The translations under genes and the position numbers were made by a program. The notes beneath the pieces are model-generated. The model saw only the letters and a program-made list of their open reading frames with translations, did no database searches and had not been told where the DNA came from. Positions 28,739 through 40,152 of a stretch of 64,000 nt of DNA are shown one piece after another. The DNA lies in contig JAGYKD010000004.1 in NCBI GenBank assembly GCA_018401695.1, positions 30,014-94,013 of the forward strand, in the 5' to 3' direction. Each line of letters begins with the position of its first letter. The stretch's first letter is position 1. This DNA comes from Flavobacteriales bacterium (GTDB taxonomy: Bacteria > Bacteroidota > Bacteroidia > CAIKAF01).

Positions 28739-29416
28739 ATGGAGCGCAAAGACATAAACGGTCACCCCTTTGTGCGCTACCATTCCGCAAACTCCACGCC
28801 AAACATCGAGGAAGCATCTTTACATATCGCAGAGGAATTGTCCAAGCGTCGCAGTTTAAGAGACTTTTCAGATCGGCCCATTCCTAAACAAGTAATCGAA
28901 AACTTAATTCAAACCGCCGGTACTGCCCCGTCGGGGGCTCATCAGCAACCCTGGACCTTTGTGGCCGTGCAAGACAAGCAATTAAAAGCTAAGATACGAG
29001 AGGCCGCAGAGCAAGAAGAAAAGCTTTCGTACAACCAGCGCATGTCGGAGCAATGGTTGGATGACCTAAAACCTCTGGGAACCGATTGGCAGAAACCCTT
29101 TTTAACCACAGCTCCGTGGTTGATTGTGGTCTTTCGTCAAGTGTGGCGGGAGGGAAATCAAGGCGAAAAAATCCCCAATTATTATGTGCAAGAATCGGTA
29201 GGATTGGCTTGTGGATTTTTGTTGGCTGCCATTCATCGGTTGGGTTTGGTTGCCTTAACCCATACCCCTTCGCCTATGGGTTTTTTGACCGAATTATTGG
29301 AACGACCGGCCAACGAAAAGCCATTTTTGTTGATTCCGGTAGGCTATGCGGCAGAGGAGGCTTGGGTTCCCGATTTAAAGCGAAAGGCGTTGGATGAGAT
29401 TATGGTGGTAAAATAA
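28739..29416 (+). CDS. Nitroreductase family, iodotyrosine deiodinase-like
   Basis: RRSLRDFS, TAPSGAHQQPWTF, AAEQEE...Y, KPFL, NYYVQES, LTHTP. Confidence 0.88.
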   Translation: MERKDINGHPFVRYHSANSTPNIEEASLHIAEELSKRRSLRDFSDRPIPKQVIENLIQTAGTAPSGAHQQPWTFVAVQDKQLKAKIREAAEQEEKLSYNQRMSEQWLDDLKPLGTDWQKPFLTTAPWLIVVFRQVWREGNQGEKIPNYYVQESVGLACGFLLAAIHRLGLVALTHTPSPMGFLTELLERPANEKPFLLIPVGYAAEEAWVPDLKRKALDEIMVVK

Positions 29417-29505
29417 CTTTCCTAAAACATTAATTTTTAAAGGTTTTGATCCTTTTTTAAAAATCTAAAAGCTAATTTAGACCCACTTACCAAAAATTAA
29501 TTTCT

Positions 29506-29820
29506 ATGGAAAACATCAATGAAATCAACCAAAATCCCGGAAAAGGTATGATGGTTGCCGCCTTGGTGCTTGGAATCTGGTCTATCGTAGGTCTTTGCAT
29601 TCCTTACCTTGGGGTTACTGCTCCAATTGGGGGTATAATCGCGATTATTTTAGGCGTTATTGGCAGGAAAAAAGCAAAGAATGCAAGTCAACCCACAGGA
29701 ATGGGAACAGCGGGCTTGATTCTGGGTATTGTAGGTCTAGCCATCTTTATTACTCTAGTGATAATTGTAGTTGCGATTGGTGCTGCGTTCCTTGCTAATT
29801 TGCCTATAAAAGCATTTTAA
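29506..29820 (+). CDS. DUF4190-like membrane protein
   Basis: ALVLGI.S...AIILG.IG...AGLILG. Confidence 0.75.
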   Translation: MENINEINQNPGKGMMVAALVLGIWSIVGLCIPYLGVTAPIGGIIAIILGVIGRKKAKNASQPTGMGTAGLILGIVGLAIFITLVIIVVAIGAAFLANLPIKAF

Positions 29821-29824
29821 AAGG

Positions 29825-30127
29825 ATGTCACTAATTCAGTGGCTTAAAGAAACGGCTCTGCCGTGTCAAGTAAAATCTACAACCGGGGTTTCGTGCCCCG
29901 GTTGTGGTTTTCAACGATCAGTTATTGCTTTACTTGAAGGAGACCTGTGGACTTCTATCCAACACTACCCGGCTTTAATTCCCTTAATTCTCACTTTCTT
30001 TTTGGCATTGCTTACCCTCGTCTACAATAAACCCCAAATGCATCAATGGCTTTTAAGACTTACCATTATAGATGCCGCCCTTTTGATTGGAGCTTGGTTG
30101 AGCAAAATTTTTGGTGAATTGAGCTAG
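29825..30127 (+). CDS. DUF2752 membrane protein
   Basis: LPC....TG..CPGCGFQRS...LL.GD. Confidence 0.88.
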   Translation: MSLIQWLKETALPCQVKSTTGVSCPGCGFQRSVIALLEGDLWTSIQHYPALIPLILTFFLALLTLVYNKPQMHQWLLRLTIIDAALLIGAWLSKIFGELS

Positions 30128-30465
30128 TTTGGAAACCCAGAAGAGGTAACCGCAGCAGTGAATAGCGACACAAAAAACAACAAATAAAGAATCCAAAAGA
30201 CCATTAACAAACCGCCCAAACAAACCCCAATAATGCCGCAAATCCTTCCCGCTTCAACATTTTTAATAGAGCTTTCGTCATAGCTTTCCCCAGATGCACG
30301 AATAAGTCGCTTGGATTGCGCCGTTAAGATTAAGCAAATAATGCCCAAGACCAAACCTACAATTCCCCCTCCAAGGCAGGAAAGCACTATAGATAATATG
30401 CCTAAAATGAGAATAGCAGTGGCATTCGGAGCTTGTGGCCTAAGCGTATTGCTTACATCAGGCAT
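30124..30465 (-). CDS. DUF4190/CCC-motif-type membrane protein
   Basis: PNATAILILGILSIV, AGRICGIIG. Confidence 0.8.
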   Translation of the reverse strand: MPDVSNTLRPQAPNATAILILGILSIVLSCLGGGIVGLVLGIICLILTAQSKRLIRASGESYDESSIKNVEAGRICGIIGVCLGGLLMVFWILYLLFFVSLFTAAVTSSGFPN

Positions 30466-30468
30466 ACG

Positions 30469-30876
30469 TTAAGGATTTACAATAAACTCCAACACCGAAA
30501 CCGAATGCACATTGGTGCCTGCCGCTAAAGTGGTTCCCGCAGGCAACCAAATGGGGGCCTCTCCAATGCTTTCCGTAACCGAAGTGATGCCCGTTTGGCC
30601 GTTGCCGTTTAAATTCCCTCTGGATTCCGCACTTAAATAGTAAACGGTTTGTCCGTTGATAGTAATAATAAAGTCGCGCGTAGAACCTCCCGAACTAAAG
30701 GTAGTTGTCGTCAATCGTGCCGAAGGCAATATATTCACCACTTTCCAAACCCTACCCGAGGGCACGGTTTCGGTTTGGCTGACCAATTTGGCTTGAGAAA
30801 AACTTAAGCTTTGGCTGTGTAACCCACTATGCAAAAGCAAGGCGCCAAGGAAAAGTAAGGCGGATAGTATTCGCAT
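30469..30876 (-). CDS. Hypothetical secreted protein
   Basis: Signal peptide, TVPSGRVWKV, PIWLPAGT..., SVLEF. Confidence 0.7.
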   Translation of the reverse strand: MRILSALLFLGALLLHSGLHSQSLSFSQAKLVSQTETVPSGRVWKVVNILPSARLTTTTFSSGGSTRDFIITINGQTVYYLSAESRGNLNGNGQTGITSVTESIGEAPIWLPAGTTLAAGTNVHSVSVLEFIVNP

Positions 30877-31026
30877 AGCCCAAATATAGGACTCTTTCCA
30901 TAGGTCTACGGAATGAAATAGGTACATTTTTGTCCACCTCTTTATGTAGAGGTTTTTGGTGACAACCATCACAACTGATTCCATAAGGACTTTGGATATT
31001 TGTACCAACAAATTAAATACATCATC

Positions 31027-31689
31027 ATGGATTCCAACGAAACCCATACCAACCCCATTTCAATGCCCCGCATTGGAGATATTGCGCCAAATTTTGAGGC
31101 ACTCACCACCAAAGGGAAGTTGAACCTGCATAATTATGCCAAAGGACAATGGCTGGTGCTGTTTTCGCACCCTGCCGATTTTACACCGGTATGTACGACA
31201 GAAATGAGCGCTTTTGCCTTGCGCAAACAAGAGTTTAGCGACCTCAACACCCAGCTCATTGGGCTGTCTATAGATAGCATCCATAGCCATATCGCCTGGG
31301 TTCAAAACGTACGCGAAAAAACCGGCGTTTATCTTGATTTCCCCATCATTGCAGATTTGGATATGAGCGTTTCTAAGCTCTATGGCATGCTTCAACCCAA
31401 CGAGAGCGAAACCGCCGCAGTACGCGCTGTTTTTTTTATCGACCCCGAGTTAAAAGTTCGGCTCATTATGTACTATCCCCTCAATGTGGGAAGAAATATG
31501 GACGAAATACTTAGAGCCTTAAAAGCGCTCCAAACTTCTGATGCCCATAAAGTAGCTATGCCGGTAGATTGGCAACCGGGTGACCCTGTAATTGTACCTC
31601 CACCAAAAACCTTGGAAGATTTAGACGCCCGTTTGGCAGATAAGGAGGTAGACATGGTTGATTTCTATCTTGCTAAGAAATCCTTGTAA
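31027..31689 (+). CDS. 1-Cys peroxiredoxin (Prx6 type)
   Basis: FSHPADFTPVCTTE, YYPLNVGRN.DEILR. Confidence 0.95.
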   Translation: MDSNETHTNPISMPRIGDIAPNFEALTTKGKLNLHNYAKGQWLVLFSHPADFTPVCTTEMSAFALRKQEFSDLNTQLIGLSIDSIHSHIAWVQNVREKTGVYLDFPIIADLDMSVSKLYGMLQPNESETAAVRAVFFIDPELKVRLIMYYPLNVGRNMDEILRALKALQTSDAHKVAMPVDWQPGDPVIVPPPKTLEDLDARLADKEVDMVDFYLAKKSL

Positions 31690-31718
31690 AAAAAGGGCCG
31701 CTCTTGCGGCCTTTTTTT
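31688..31718. terminator. Bidirectional terminator
   Basis: AAAAAAGGGCCGC-TCTT-GCGGCCTTTTTT between convergent genes. Confidence 0.8.
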
Positions 31719-32173
31719 TAGGTCTCATTCAGGCCTCTAAACTTATCCAACAAGTCATTCAATTGTTTGGATTCCCTCTCCTCCAACATTTCTACCGGAA
31801 ACTCCTTGTCCATCTCGGCATCAATCTCTTCCAATAGTTTCAAGCCTTTCTTGGTAATGTGCACCCATTGCGATCGACCGTCGTGCGGGCAATTTTCGCG
31901 AAAGGTAAGCCCTTTGGCGTCCAAACGATCTATGATGCGTGTGGTATTGCTGCTCCGGTGAATCATACGTATCGAAATTTCTTTCACCTGCAAAGGTTGG
32001 TCTTTACTTCCCCTCAATATCCTAAGGATGTTGTATTGTTGGTTCGTTAAACCCCACTTTCTAAAAAAGCGAGCAATGATTAACCCAATGGTCTCTGCCG
32101 TATACAGTACATTCAAATAGGCCTTGATTCCCTCGCTGGCAAAACTCGATTTTAGTGCCTCTTCCAATTTCAT
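31718..32173 (-). CDS. MarR family transcriptional regulator
   Basis: QQYNILRILRG, SNTTRIIDRL, DGR...ITKKG. Confidence 0.92.
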   Translation of the reverse strand: MKLEEALKSSFASEGIKAYLNVLYTAETIGLIIARFFRKWGLTNQQYNILRILRGSKDQPLQVKEISIRMIHRSSNTTRIIDRLDAKGLTFRENCPHDGRSQWVHITKKGLKLLEEIDAEMDKEFPVEMLEERESKQLNDLLDKFRGLNET

Positions 32174-32293
32174 GCATTCAATTTCAATGGCTGTAAAACG
32201 AAGATAGGCCATTTTGGTTTTCATTTTCTTTTTTTCAAATATTCATTCCTTTGGTTTAATTCCATGTTTCTTGACAAGACTGCTGAATTTTCC

Positions 32294-32387
32294 TGAGACC
32301 GCTGACGTGTTGTGGTTTTAAGTTTTAACCCTCACGCTGCGGTCAGAACAGGATCGTAGCCAGAACAGCAAGGCGTCAACGGTCTCA
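32294..32387 (+). ncRNA. Structured ncRNA, 6S-Flavo-like candidate
   Basis: Closing stem TGAGACCGCTGACG/CGTCAACGGTCTCA around an AAGTTTTAACC-containing bubble; family call is from recollection and was not searched. Confidence 0.5.
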
Positions 32388-32450
32388 AAAGATTGAGTCC
32401 TTGCTTTTTTCTTCGGAAACACTACTTTTGCAACGCAATGTGCGCATTGC

Positions 32451-32540
32451 GCCTCGGGGTGCCATTTAGGCTGAGATTATACCCGACGTCCTTTCTGGAC
32501 AGAACCTGATCCGGGTAATGCCGGCGTAGGTAAAGGTAAA
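32451..32540 (+). promoter_or_regulatory. TPP riboswitch
   Basis: GGGGTGC...GGCTGAGA..ATACCC...GAACCTGATCCGGGTAATGCCGGCGTAGG. Confidence 0.93.
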
Positions 32541-32599
32541 TGCATCTCCATTTACCGCTTTTTGTGGAACCGCACCCTTGGGTGCTTAAACGATTTGCT

Positions 32600-34996
32600 A
32601 TGCAACTGTTGCGCCAAACCGCATGCATGCTCTGCTTTGGTCTTGCTTTGACCAATGTTCATGCCCAATGGAACGGACAAGTGTTCGATGCCAAAACCGA
32701 AAAGCCATTGTCCGGAGTTACGCTCCAAGAACTTGGTGGTTTTCGCTTTGCCCTTACCAACGGGGAAGGAAAGTTTGCTCTTGCTTCCGGAAAAGATACC
32801 GCCAAGTTTATTCTCCGGTCCCTTGGATACCAAACCGACACCGTACGTTTTTTTCCCGGAGACCCCACTTTTCACCATTTGCGCCTTGCTCCGGCTACCA
32901 TTGTGGCTCCCTCCTTTGAATTGGTTAGCGTACGCGCCGAATCTTACCAACCTGTTGCGCAAACCAACTTAAGCGAAGGTCAAATCGAGGCCCTAAATTA
33001 TGGCAAGGACTTCCCCATGCTCCTAGACCAAACCCCTTCTGTGGTTACCCATTCCGATGCAGGAGCCGGCATTGGATATACCGGCCTGCGAATTCGTGGA
33101 ACCGACCAAACCCGAATCAACGTCACCATCAATGGAATTCCCATCAACGACCCGGAATCCATGGGCGTGTTTTGGGTCAATATGCCTGACTTAAGCAGCT
33201 CCATGAATTCGGTCCAAATCCAACGAGGTGTGGGCACTTCTGCCCAAGGGGCCGGTGCATTTGGAGCCTCCATCAACATCAACACCAACGAATTTAATCC
33301 CAAGGCTTTTGCCGCTTACCGATTCGATGGTGGAATGTTCAATACCTTGCGCCATTCCGCAGAATTTGGTACCGGTCAACTTCCCGGAGGATTTTTTGTG
33401 GAAGGAAGACTCTCTAAAACCAATTCCGATGGCTTTATCGATAGATCCTTTAGCGATTTAAAATCCTTTTTCCTTAAAGGAGGGTATCTTAAAGAAAAAA
33501 CGCGTGTGCGCTTTAATATTTTCTCCGGCGCTGAACAAACCTATCAAGCCTGGTATGGCGTGCCGGAAGCCATTTGGAAAGATCAGCCTCGATTCAATAG
33601 TGCCGGAACCGATTTTGGCCTGCGGGAGCAACCCTATGCCAACGAAACCGACAATTACCAGCAAGACCATTACCAATTGTTTTTAGATCAAAAACTTTCC
33701 TCGGAACTGCAACTTCATTTGGCCGCTTTTTATACCCGTGGAAGGGGCTACTACGAACAATATAAAGTCGATCAGGACATCACCGCCTATCAAATGCCTC
33801 CTTTGCTTGTAGGGCAAGATACGCTAAGCCAAAGCGACCTCATTAGGCAACTTTGGCTCGACAACCACTATTTCGGTGGACAAGCTTCCCTTCAATGGCA
33901 ACAAAAGGCCTGGGAGTTAACCGGCGGTACCGGCGTTTATTATTACCAAAACGACCATTACGGCGAGGTTATTTGGGCCGAAATTGCGCAAGATTCTCCT
34001 CCGGGATCACGTTATTACGACCAAAACGCCGACAAACTGGAATACAATGGCTTTTTTAGAGCCCAATACGGCGCCGGAAAAAAATGGCTTCTTTTTGCCG
34101 ATATGCAACTGCGTGGCCTTAGGTACCGAATTTTTGGATTCCCGGACAACCCCAACATTCAAGTCGATGAATCCTTCCTTTTCCCAAATCCAAAGCTCGG
34201 CCTTACCTTTAACCCCTCTCCCAAACACCGCATAAATGCCTATTATGGAATAGCGCACAAAGAGCCAAATCGGGTAGATTACGAAAACTCCGCCGCTAAT
34301 TTACCCCGGGCCGAAGTGCTCCGCGATTTGGAGCTCTCCTACCGGTTTCAGTCCTCAAAATTCCAACTGCAAGGAGGCTTCTTTTGGATGGATTATACCG
34401 ACCAGCTTGTCCTCACCGGCCGGGTGAACGATGTAGGCGCATACACGCGCACCAACGCAGACCGCAGCTACCGCTTGGGGCTGGAACTCGAAGCCGCATG
34501 GCAATTGCTGCCCTGGATGAGCCTGCAGGCCAACGGAACTTGGAGCCGAAACAGAATCCTCAACTTTACTGAATTTATCGATGATTATGACAATGGAGGA
34601 CAGCAGCAGCGCTTCCTAGGGGAAACTCCCATTGCCTTTTCTCCCGATTGGCTCGCAGCCGCAACACTGGAATTAAACCCAATCAATGGCTGGAGTATGC
34701 AATGGCGTCACAAATATGTCGGTCCCCAGTTTTTAGATAACACCGGACTCAATAATCGGCGATTGGATCCTTTTTACACCGCAGATTTTCTGACCAACTA
34801 CCAATTACCTCTGAAAGGCCCCTTGGTCTGCCGCTTAAATTTGGGTGTTTACAATATGTTTAATGCACTATTTGCGCCCAACGGTTACACCTTTAGCTAT
34901 TTTTTAAATCAAGAATTGGTTACCGAAAATTACCTCTACCCGCAAGCCGGAATCCATATTATGGGAGGCATTCAGCTCCGGTGGGAGGCTCAGTGA
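32600..34996 (+). CDS. TonB-dependent receptor, probably thiamine uptake
   Basis: SDAGAGIGYTGLRIRG.D.TRINVTINGIP.ND.ES plug; lies downstream of the TPP riboswitch. Confidence 0.92.
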   Translation: MQLLRQTACMLCFGLALTNVHAQWNGQVFDAKTEKPLSGVTLQELGGFRFALTNGEGKFALASGKDTAKFILRSLGYQTDTVRFFPGDPTFHHLRLAPATIVAPSFELVSVRAESYQPVAQTNLSEGQIEALNYGKDFPMLLDQTPSVVTHSDAGAGIGYTGLRIRGTDQTRINVTINGIPINDPESMGVFWVNMPDLSSSMNSVQIQRGVGTSAQGAGAFGASININTNEFNPKAFAAYRFDGGMFNTLRHSAEFGTGQLPGGFFVEGRLSKTNSDGFIDRSFSDLKSFFLKGGYLKEKTRVRFNIFSGAEQTYQAWYGVPEAIWKDQPRFNSAGTDFGLREQPYANETDNYQQDHYQLFLDQKLSSELQLHLAAFYTRGRGYYEQYKVDQDITAYQMPPLLVGQDTLSQSDLIRQLWLDNHYFGGQASLQWQQKAWELTGGTGVYYYQNDHYGEVIWAEIAQDSPPGSRYYDQNADKLEYNGFFRAQYGAGKKWLLFADMQLRGLRYRIFGFPDNPNIQVDESFLFPNPKLGLTFNPSPKHRINAYYGIAHKEPNRVDYENSAANLPRAEVLRDLELSYRFQSSKFQLQGGFFWMDYTDQLVLTGRVNDVGAYTRTNADRSYRLGLELEAAWQLLPWMSLQANGTWSRNRILNFTEFIDDYDNGGQQQRFLGETPIAFSPDWLAAATLELNPINGWSMQWRHKYVGPQFLDNTGLNNRRLDPFYTADFLTNYQLPLKGPLVCRLNLGVYNMFNALFAPNGYTFSYFLNQELVTENYLYPQAGIHIMGGIQLRWEAQ

Positions 34997-35595
34997 TTAG
35001 GTCCGCAATTGCAATCTGAGTCCCATAAAAACTCCGTAGCCGGAAGGGCCTTACCCAATGCCTTTAAAATCTCCGGATGAATGTCGGTGCTCCTTAAATC
35101 CAAAAACTCCAATTGACTCATATGTTCAAAATCCGGCGGAAGTCTAAATACAGGGTTGCTGGCTAGTATCAAGCGATGCAGCTTATACATTTTGCCCAAA
35201 CAATCCGGTATTTTAAAGAGCTCATTTTTGCGCAAATCCAAGTGCCGGAGTCTGGGCATCTCGCAAATAAAGGCCGGCAACTCTTCTATATCGTTACGCT
35301 CCAACAACAGTACCTCCAACTTTTTCAGCTGCTGAATTTCCGAAGGGATTTCACGGATTTTGTTCCGCGACAGGTCCAACTCAATCAAATTAGGAAAACG
35401 AAACACCTCTTTTGGAAAACGCTTAAATTTTTCCTTGGTTAATGCCAAACGCTTTACTTGCAAGGGGTTTTTTAAGGCAATTTCCAAATCGGTATAGAGC
35501 GGCTCTTCCCGAAACAATTGTGCCTGCGCTCCCGACGCTGCCATAAATTGCAATACAAGCAAATAAACTATTCTATGGAGGGTTTTTTGAGTCAT
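34990..35595 (-). CDS. Leucine-rich repeat protein
   Basis: Repeated L..LDLS.N.I.EIP motifs. Confidence 0.9.
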   Translation of the reverse strand: MTQKTLHRIVYLLVLQFMAASGAQAQLFREEPLYTDLEIALKNPLQVKRLALTKEKFKRFPKEVFRFPNLIELDLSRNKIREIPSEIQQLKKLEVLLLERNDIEELPAFICEMPRLRHLDLRKNELFKIPDCLGKMYKLHRLILASNPVFRLPPDFEHMSQLEFLDLRSTDIHPEILKALGKALPATEFLWDSDCNCGPNH

Positions 35596-36533
35596 AAATC
35601 AAAGAGGTTTCGGGTTTCTTGTGCGTCTTTTGCCAATTGCTGCTGCAATTCCTGTGCCGAACCAAAACGGATTTCGGACCTTAACCGGCGCACAAATTCC
35701 ACCTGCAAATGGGTTCCGTATAAATTGCCTGTATAGTCCAGTAAATGCACCTCTAAAGTCTCTGTATTGCCCTCGGATATGGTCGGTCGTACACCAATAT
35801 TCATCATGCCATAGGCGGAGCCAAACGCCGTTTTAGCCCGAACAGCGTATACACCGCGGGCGGGTATTAACTTATACGGATTACTCACATGAATGTTTGC
35901 CGTAGGATAACCCAATCCCTTCCCTTTTTTCTCGCCATGGCCAACCACTCCTTCCAGCGCATAGGGATACGTCAAAAAGCTTTCGGCAGTTTCTACATCG
36001 CCATCCAAAAGCGCACTTCTAATTTTTGTGCTCGAAACGTTTACATCGTCGATATCCTGTGCCGGAATTTCTTCAACACTAAACCCAAAGCTCTTACCAA
36101 AATCGCGCAATTGACCTATGTGCCCTTCCCGGTTTCTTCCAAAATGATGGTCGTAGCCAATCACCAATTGATGTACACCCAACTGGTCTACCAAAAAATC
36201 CTTGACGTATTGCATGGCCGTAAGCCGGCTAAAAGCACGATCAAATGGCACGACAACCACATGGTCTAAACCCATGGCCTCCAACAACCGCAGCTTCTCA
36301 TCCAAAGTACTCAATAGGCGTAAGTCGTTGTCGTCCGGAAACAAAACCAACCGTGGATGTGGATTAAAAGTAACCAACACAGACTCCCCTCCGCATCCCA
36401 GAGCCAACTCCTGAATACGTTGCAAAATTTTTCGGTGACCCACATGAACCCCATCAAAAGTACCGGTGGTGACTACCGCTTGTGCAAACGAGGGCAAGCC
36501 TTCCCGCCCATGGTGTACCTTCATACTACTCAA
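35592..36533 (-). CDS. ribF: Riboflavin kinase/FAD synthetase
   Basis: GTFDGVHVGH, GYDHHFG, SSTKIR, GYPTAN, GVRPT. Confidence 0.97.
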   Translation of the reverse strand: MSSMKVHHGREGLPSFAQAVVTTGTFDGVHVGHRKILQRIQELALGCGGESVLVTFNPHPRLVLFPDDNDLRLLSTLDEKLRLLEAMGLDHVVVVPFDRAFSRLTAMQYVKDFLVDQLGVHQLVIGYDHHFGRNREGHIGQLRDFGKSFGFSVEEIPAQDIDDVNVSSTKIRSALLDGDVETAESFLTYPYALEGVVGHGEKKGKGLGYPTANIHVSNPYKLIPARGVYAVRAKTAFGSAYGMMNIGVRPTISEGNTETLEVHLLDYTGNLYGTHLQVEFVRRLRSEIRFGSAQELQQQLAKDAQETRNLFDL

Positions 36534-36581
36534 TTATGAAGCAAAGGTACAAGTACATTACAAACCTGGGTCAAAAATTGG

Positions 36582-36735
36582 TTTGGGGGCCCTTTTCCGG
36601 CTTTCCGCTATAGCTTTTTGGCACCTTGGCTTTGTTCCTATGGCTTCTCCGGGGCTTGCTGCCGCTCCGCCCGGCTCAGCCGGAAACAAATGCCAAGCTG
36701 CTGCAAAAGGCTGCCGCTGCAATCCGGGGGCCGTG
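36582..36735 (+). repeat. GC-rich long-hairpin element (E7)
   Basis: TTTGGGGGCCC..TCCGGCTTTCCGCTATAGC...GCTGCAATCCGGGGGCC. Confidence 0.7.
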
Positions 36736-36827
36736 AACCTCTGTAGTTCTTTTTTGCTCTTTTCGTTTTTTCATAGGATTATCTTCCTTTTGTTCTTACT
36801 TTTGCGGCCGGAAACTTATTACCGTAA

Positions 36828-38363
<1,536 letters not shown>

Positions 38364-38365
38364 GT

Positions 38366-38614
38366 ATGGAACTAAGCATTATTACGCCCGATGAGACCCT
38401 GTTTCACGGCCAAGCTAAATTGGTGCAGCTTCCCGGTTCTGATGGCTCTTTTGAGTTGCTTGACCGACACGCGCCCATCATTTCTACCTTAAGCCTAGGA
38501 AATATTCGTGTGCTTACAGCAGGTGGAGAAACCATAGAGCTTCCCGTTAAAACAGGAGTAGTAGAAATGTCCGGAAACAAGGTGAGCATCTTAGCCGAAA
38601 AGCAAGATGCCTAA
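38366..38614 (+). CDS. atpC: ATP synthase F1 epsilon subunit (short form)
   Basis: IITPD, LPG..G.F..L..HAPIIS.L; follows atpD. Confidence 0.92.
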   Translation: MELSIITPDETLFHGQAKLVQLPGSDGSFELLDRHAPIISTLSLGNIRVLTAGGETIELPVKTGVVEMSGNKVSILAEKQDA

Positions 38615-38635
38615 GTGTTAATTGGAAATATGTAG

Positions 38636-38667
38636 AAAAGCCTCTTCAGAAGAAGAGGCTTTTTTTA
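38636..38667. terminator. Bidirectional terminator
   Basis: AAAAGCCTCTTC-AGAA-GAAGAGGCTTTTTT. Confidence 0.8.
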
Positions 38668-39620
38668 TGCTTGTTTTTACGCAACCAGAGTTTTTCTCCC
38701 GGTTCCAGCGGGCTTCCATGCCAAGCACCGTTCTTTTTCATAAGCTTTTCTGTTTTTATACCGTAGCTATGCGCTATGGAATACCAAGTCTCGCCTGCTT
38801 TAACGGTATGGTAGTCGTTACCGCGCGCTGCAGAAGCTCTTTTGGGCTCTAAAAAGATTACTTGCCCGGCTTCCAAACTGTCCAAAGGCCCCAGTTCGTT
38901 GTACTTAAGCAAGTGCTTTTCTTTTATTTCATAGGCCTCCATAAATGAAAGCCGGCTCCGGTTTTGACTTAGCACAATAGCTTTTAGCCCGTTCACGAAA
39001 ACCACCTTATCCAAACCGCCCGGTGTTTCGGGAACTTCGATTTTTGGCGGTCGGTTTTCTTCCACATCCGGTATTCGGTCTTTTTTGCCGGTTTTTAATT
39101 TGGCTAAGGCTCCGGGTTGGTCGTATTGGTGCAATTGGTAACGTTCAATAAGTGAAATAAGCAAGTCGGCATACTTGGGATTGGTGGCATAGCCTGCCGC
39201 TTTAAGTCCTTTAGCCCACGCCTTGTAATCGGTAATTTCCAGTTCAAATAGTGAGGCATACCGCGATCTTCCGGTTAAAAATTCGGCATGGTCTCGATAA
39301 CTTTCCAGCACATGGTCGTAGGCTCTAAAGCACTCGTTTGGAGCGTCGTCGTCCATGTGGTAGGTACGTCCGGTCCAGCCCTTGTGGCATTTAATGCCAA
39401 AGTGATTGTTGGCTTGTTTGGCCAAATCGGAATTCCCATTGCCGCTTTCTAAAATTCCTTGAGCTAAGGTAATGGAGGCAGGTACCCGGCTTTGCTCCAT
39501 GTTTTGAATAGCAGCAGCGGCATAGGCTTCGATGTACTCTTCGGTACTGAGCTTGTTGTTTTGCTGAGCCAATAAACCCAACATGGGCATGGTAAACAGG
39601 AGGAAAAGAAGCATGCGCAT
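38646..39620 (-). CDS. GH73 glucosaminidase with LysM domains
   Basis: PASITLAQGILESG.G, NNHFGIKCH, GYATNP.Y, LysM HTVKAGET. Confidence 0.93.
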   Translation of the reverse strand: MRMLLFLLFTMPMLGLLAQQNNKLSTEEYIEAYAAAAIQNMEQSRVPASITLAQGILESGNGNSDLAKQANNHFGIKCHKGWTGRTYHMDDDAPNECFRAYDHVLESYRDHAEFLTGRSRYASLFELEITDYKAWAKGLKAAGYATNPKYADLLISLIERYQLHQYDQPGALAKLKTGKKDRIPDVEENRPPKIEVPETPGGLDKVVFVNGLKAIVLSQNRSRLSFMEAYEIKEKHLLKYNELGPLDSLEAGQVIFLEPKRASAARGNDYHTVKAGETWYSIAHSYGIKTEKLMKKNGAWHGSPLEPGEKLWLRKNKHKKSLFF

Positions 39621-39743
39621 AACCTATAATGCTTTAAACGAAATGGAAGGAAGTGTATTTTCCCATTACAAATTTAGAGGCTGTAAGTGCGTAGGAATCG
39701 TTGTTGGCGTCAATTTGTCCACAGGCGCATGTTGGCCGGCGGG

Positions 39744-39902
39744 TAGGCTGCCGCCCGGATAGCAGCAAGTAGCCTGCCGTTTGGGGCGCCCCCCAAGCCG
39801 GAGGGGTGGCGGCTCCTACCCTAGGAGGAGACCCCGCAGCCTCCTGGCTTGGGGAGGTGCGCCAATCGGAAGCTACTGCGGATAGCCGGATAGCGGCCCA
39901 AA
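39744..39902 (-). repeat. GC-rich long-hairpin element (E8)
   Basis: Reverse complement TTTGGGCCGCTATCCGGCTATCCGCAGTAGC...GCTGCTATCCGGGCGGC, related to E7. Confidence 0.7.
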
Positions 39903-39933
39903 TCTTCCTTTTCCCTTTTTGTATCTTTGTTTT

Positions 39934-40152
39934 ATGGTGACTGATGATTACTACGGTTTTGCAGCGCAGTTGGAACCCGGCGATGCGTACACTTCGCCTG
40001 AGGGCTATTTGGTGTTCACCGAACAATACCTTTTAAAACGCGGTTATTGCTGTAAGAACGGCTGTCGTCACTGCCCTTACGGTTTTAAAAAGCCCGGCAT
40101 TTCTTTAAAAAATAGCAAGCATGGAACAGGTGAATCAAAAAGAAACGATTGA
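39934..40152 (+). CDS. DUF5522-like small Cys-rich protein
   Basis: [25 protein letters not shown]. Confidence 0.85.
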   Translation: MVTDDYYGFAAQLEPGDAYTSPEGYLVFTEQYLLKRGYCCKNGCRHCPYGFKKPGISLKNSKHGTGESKRND

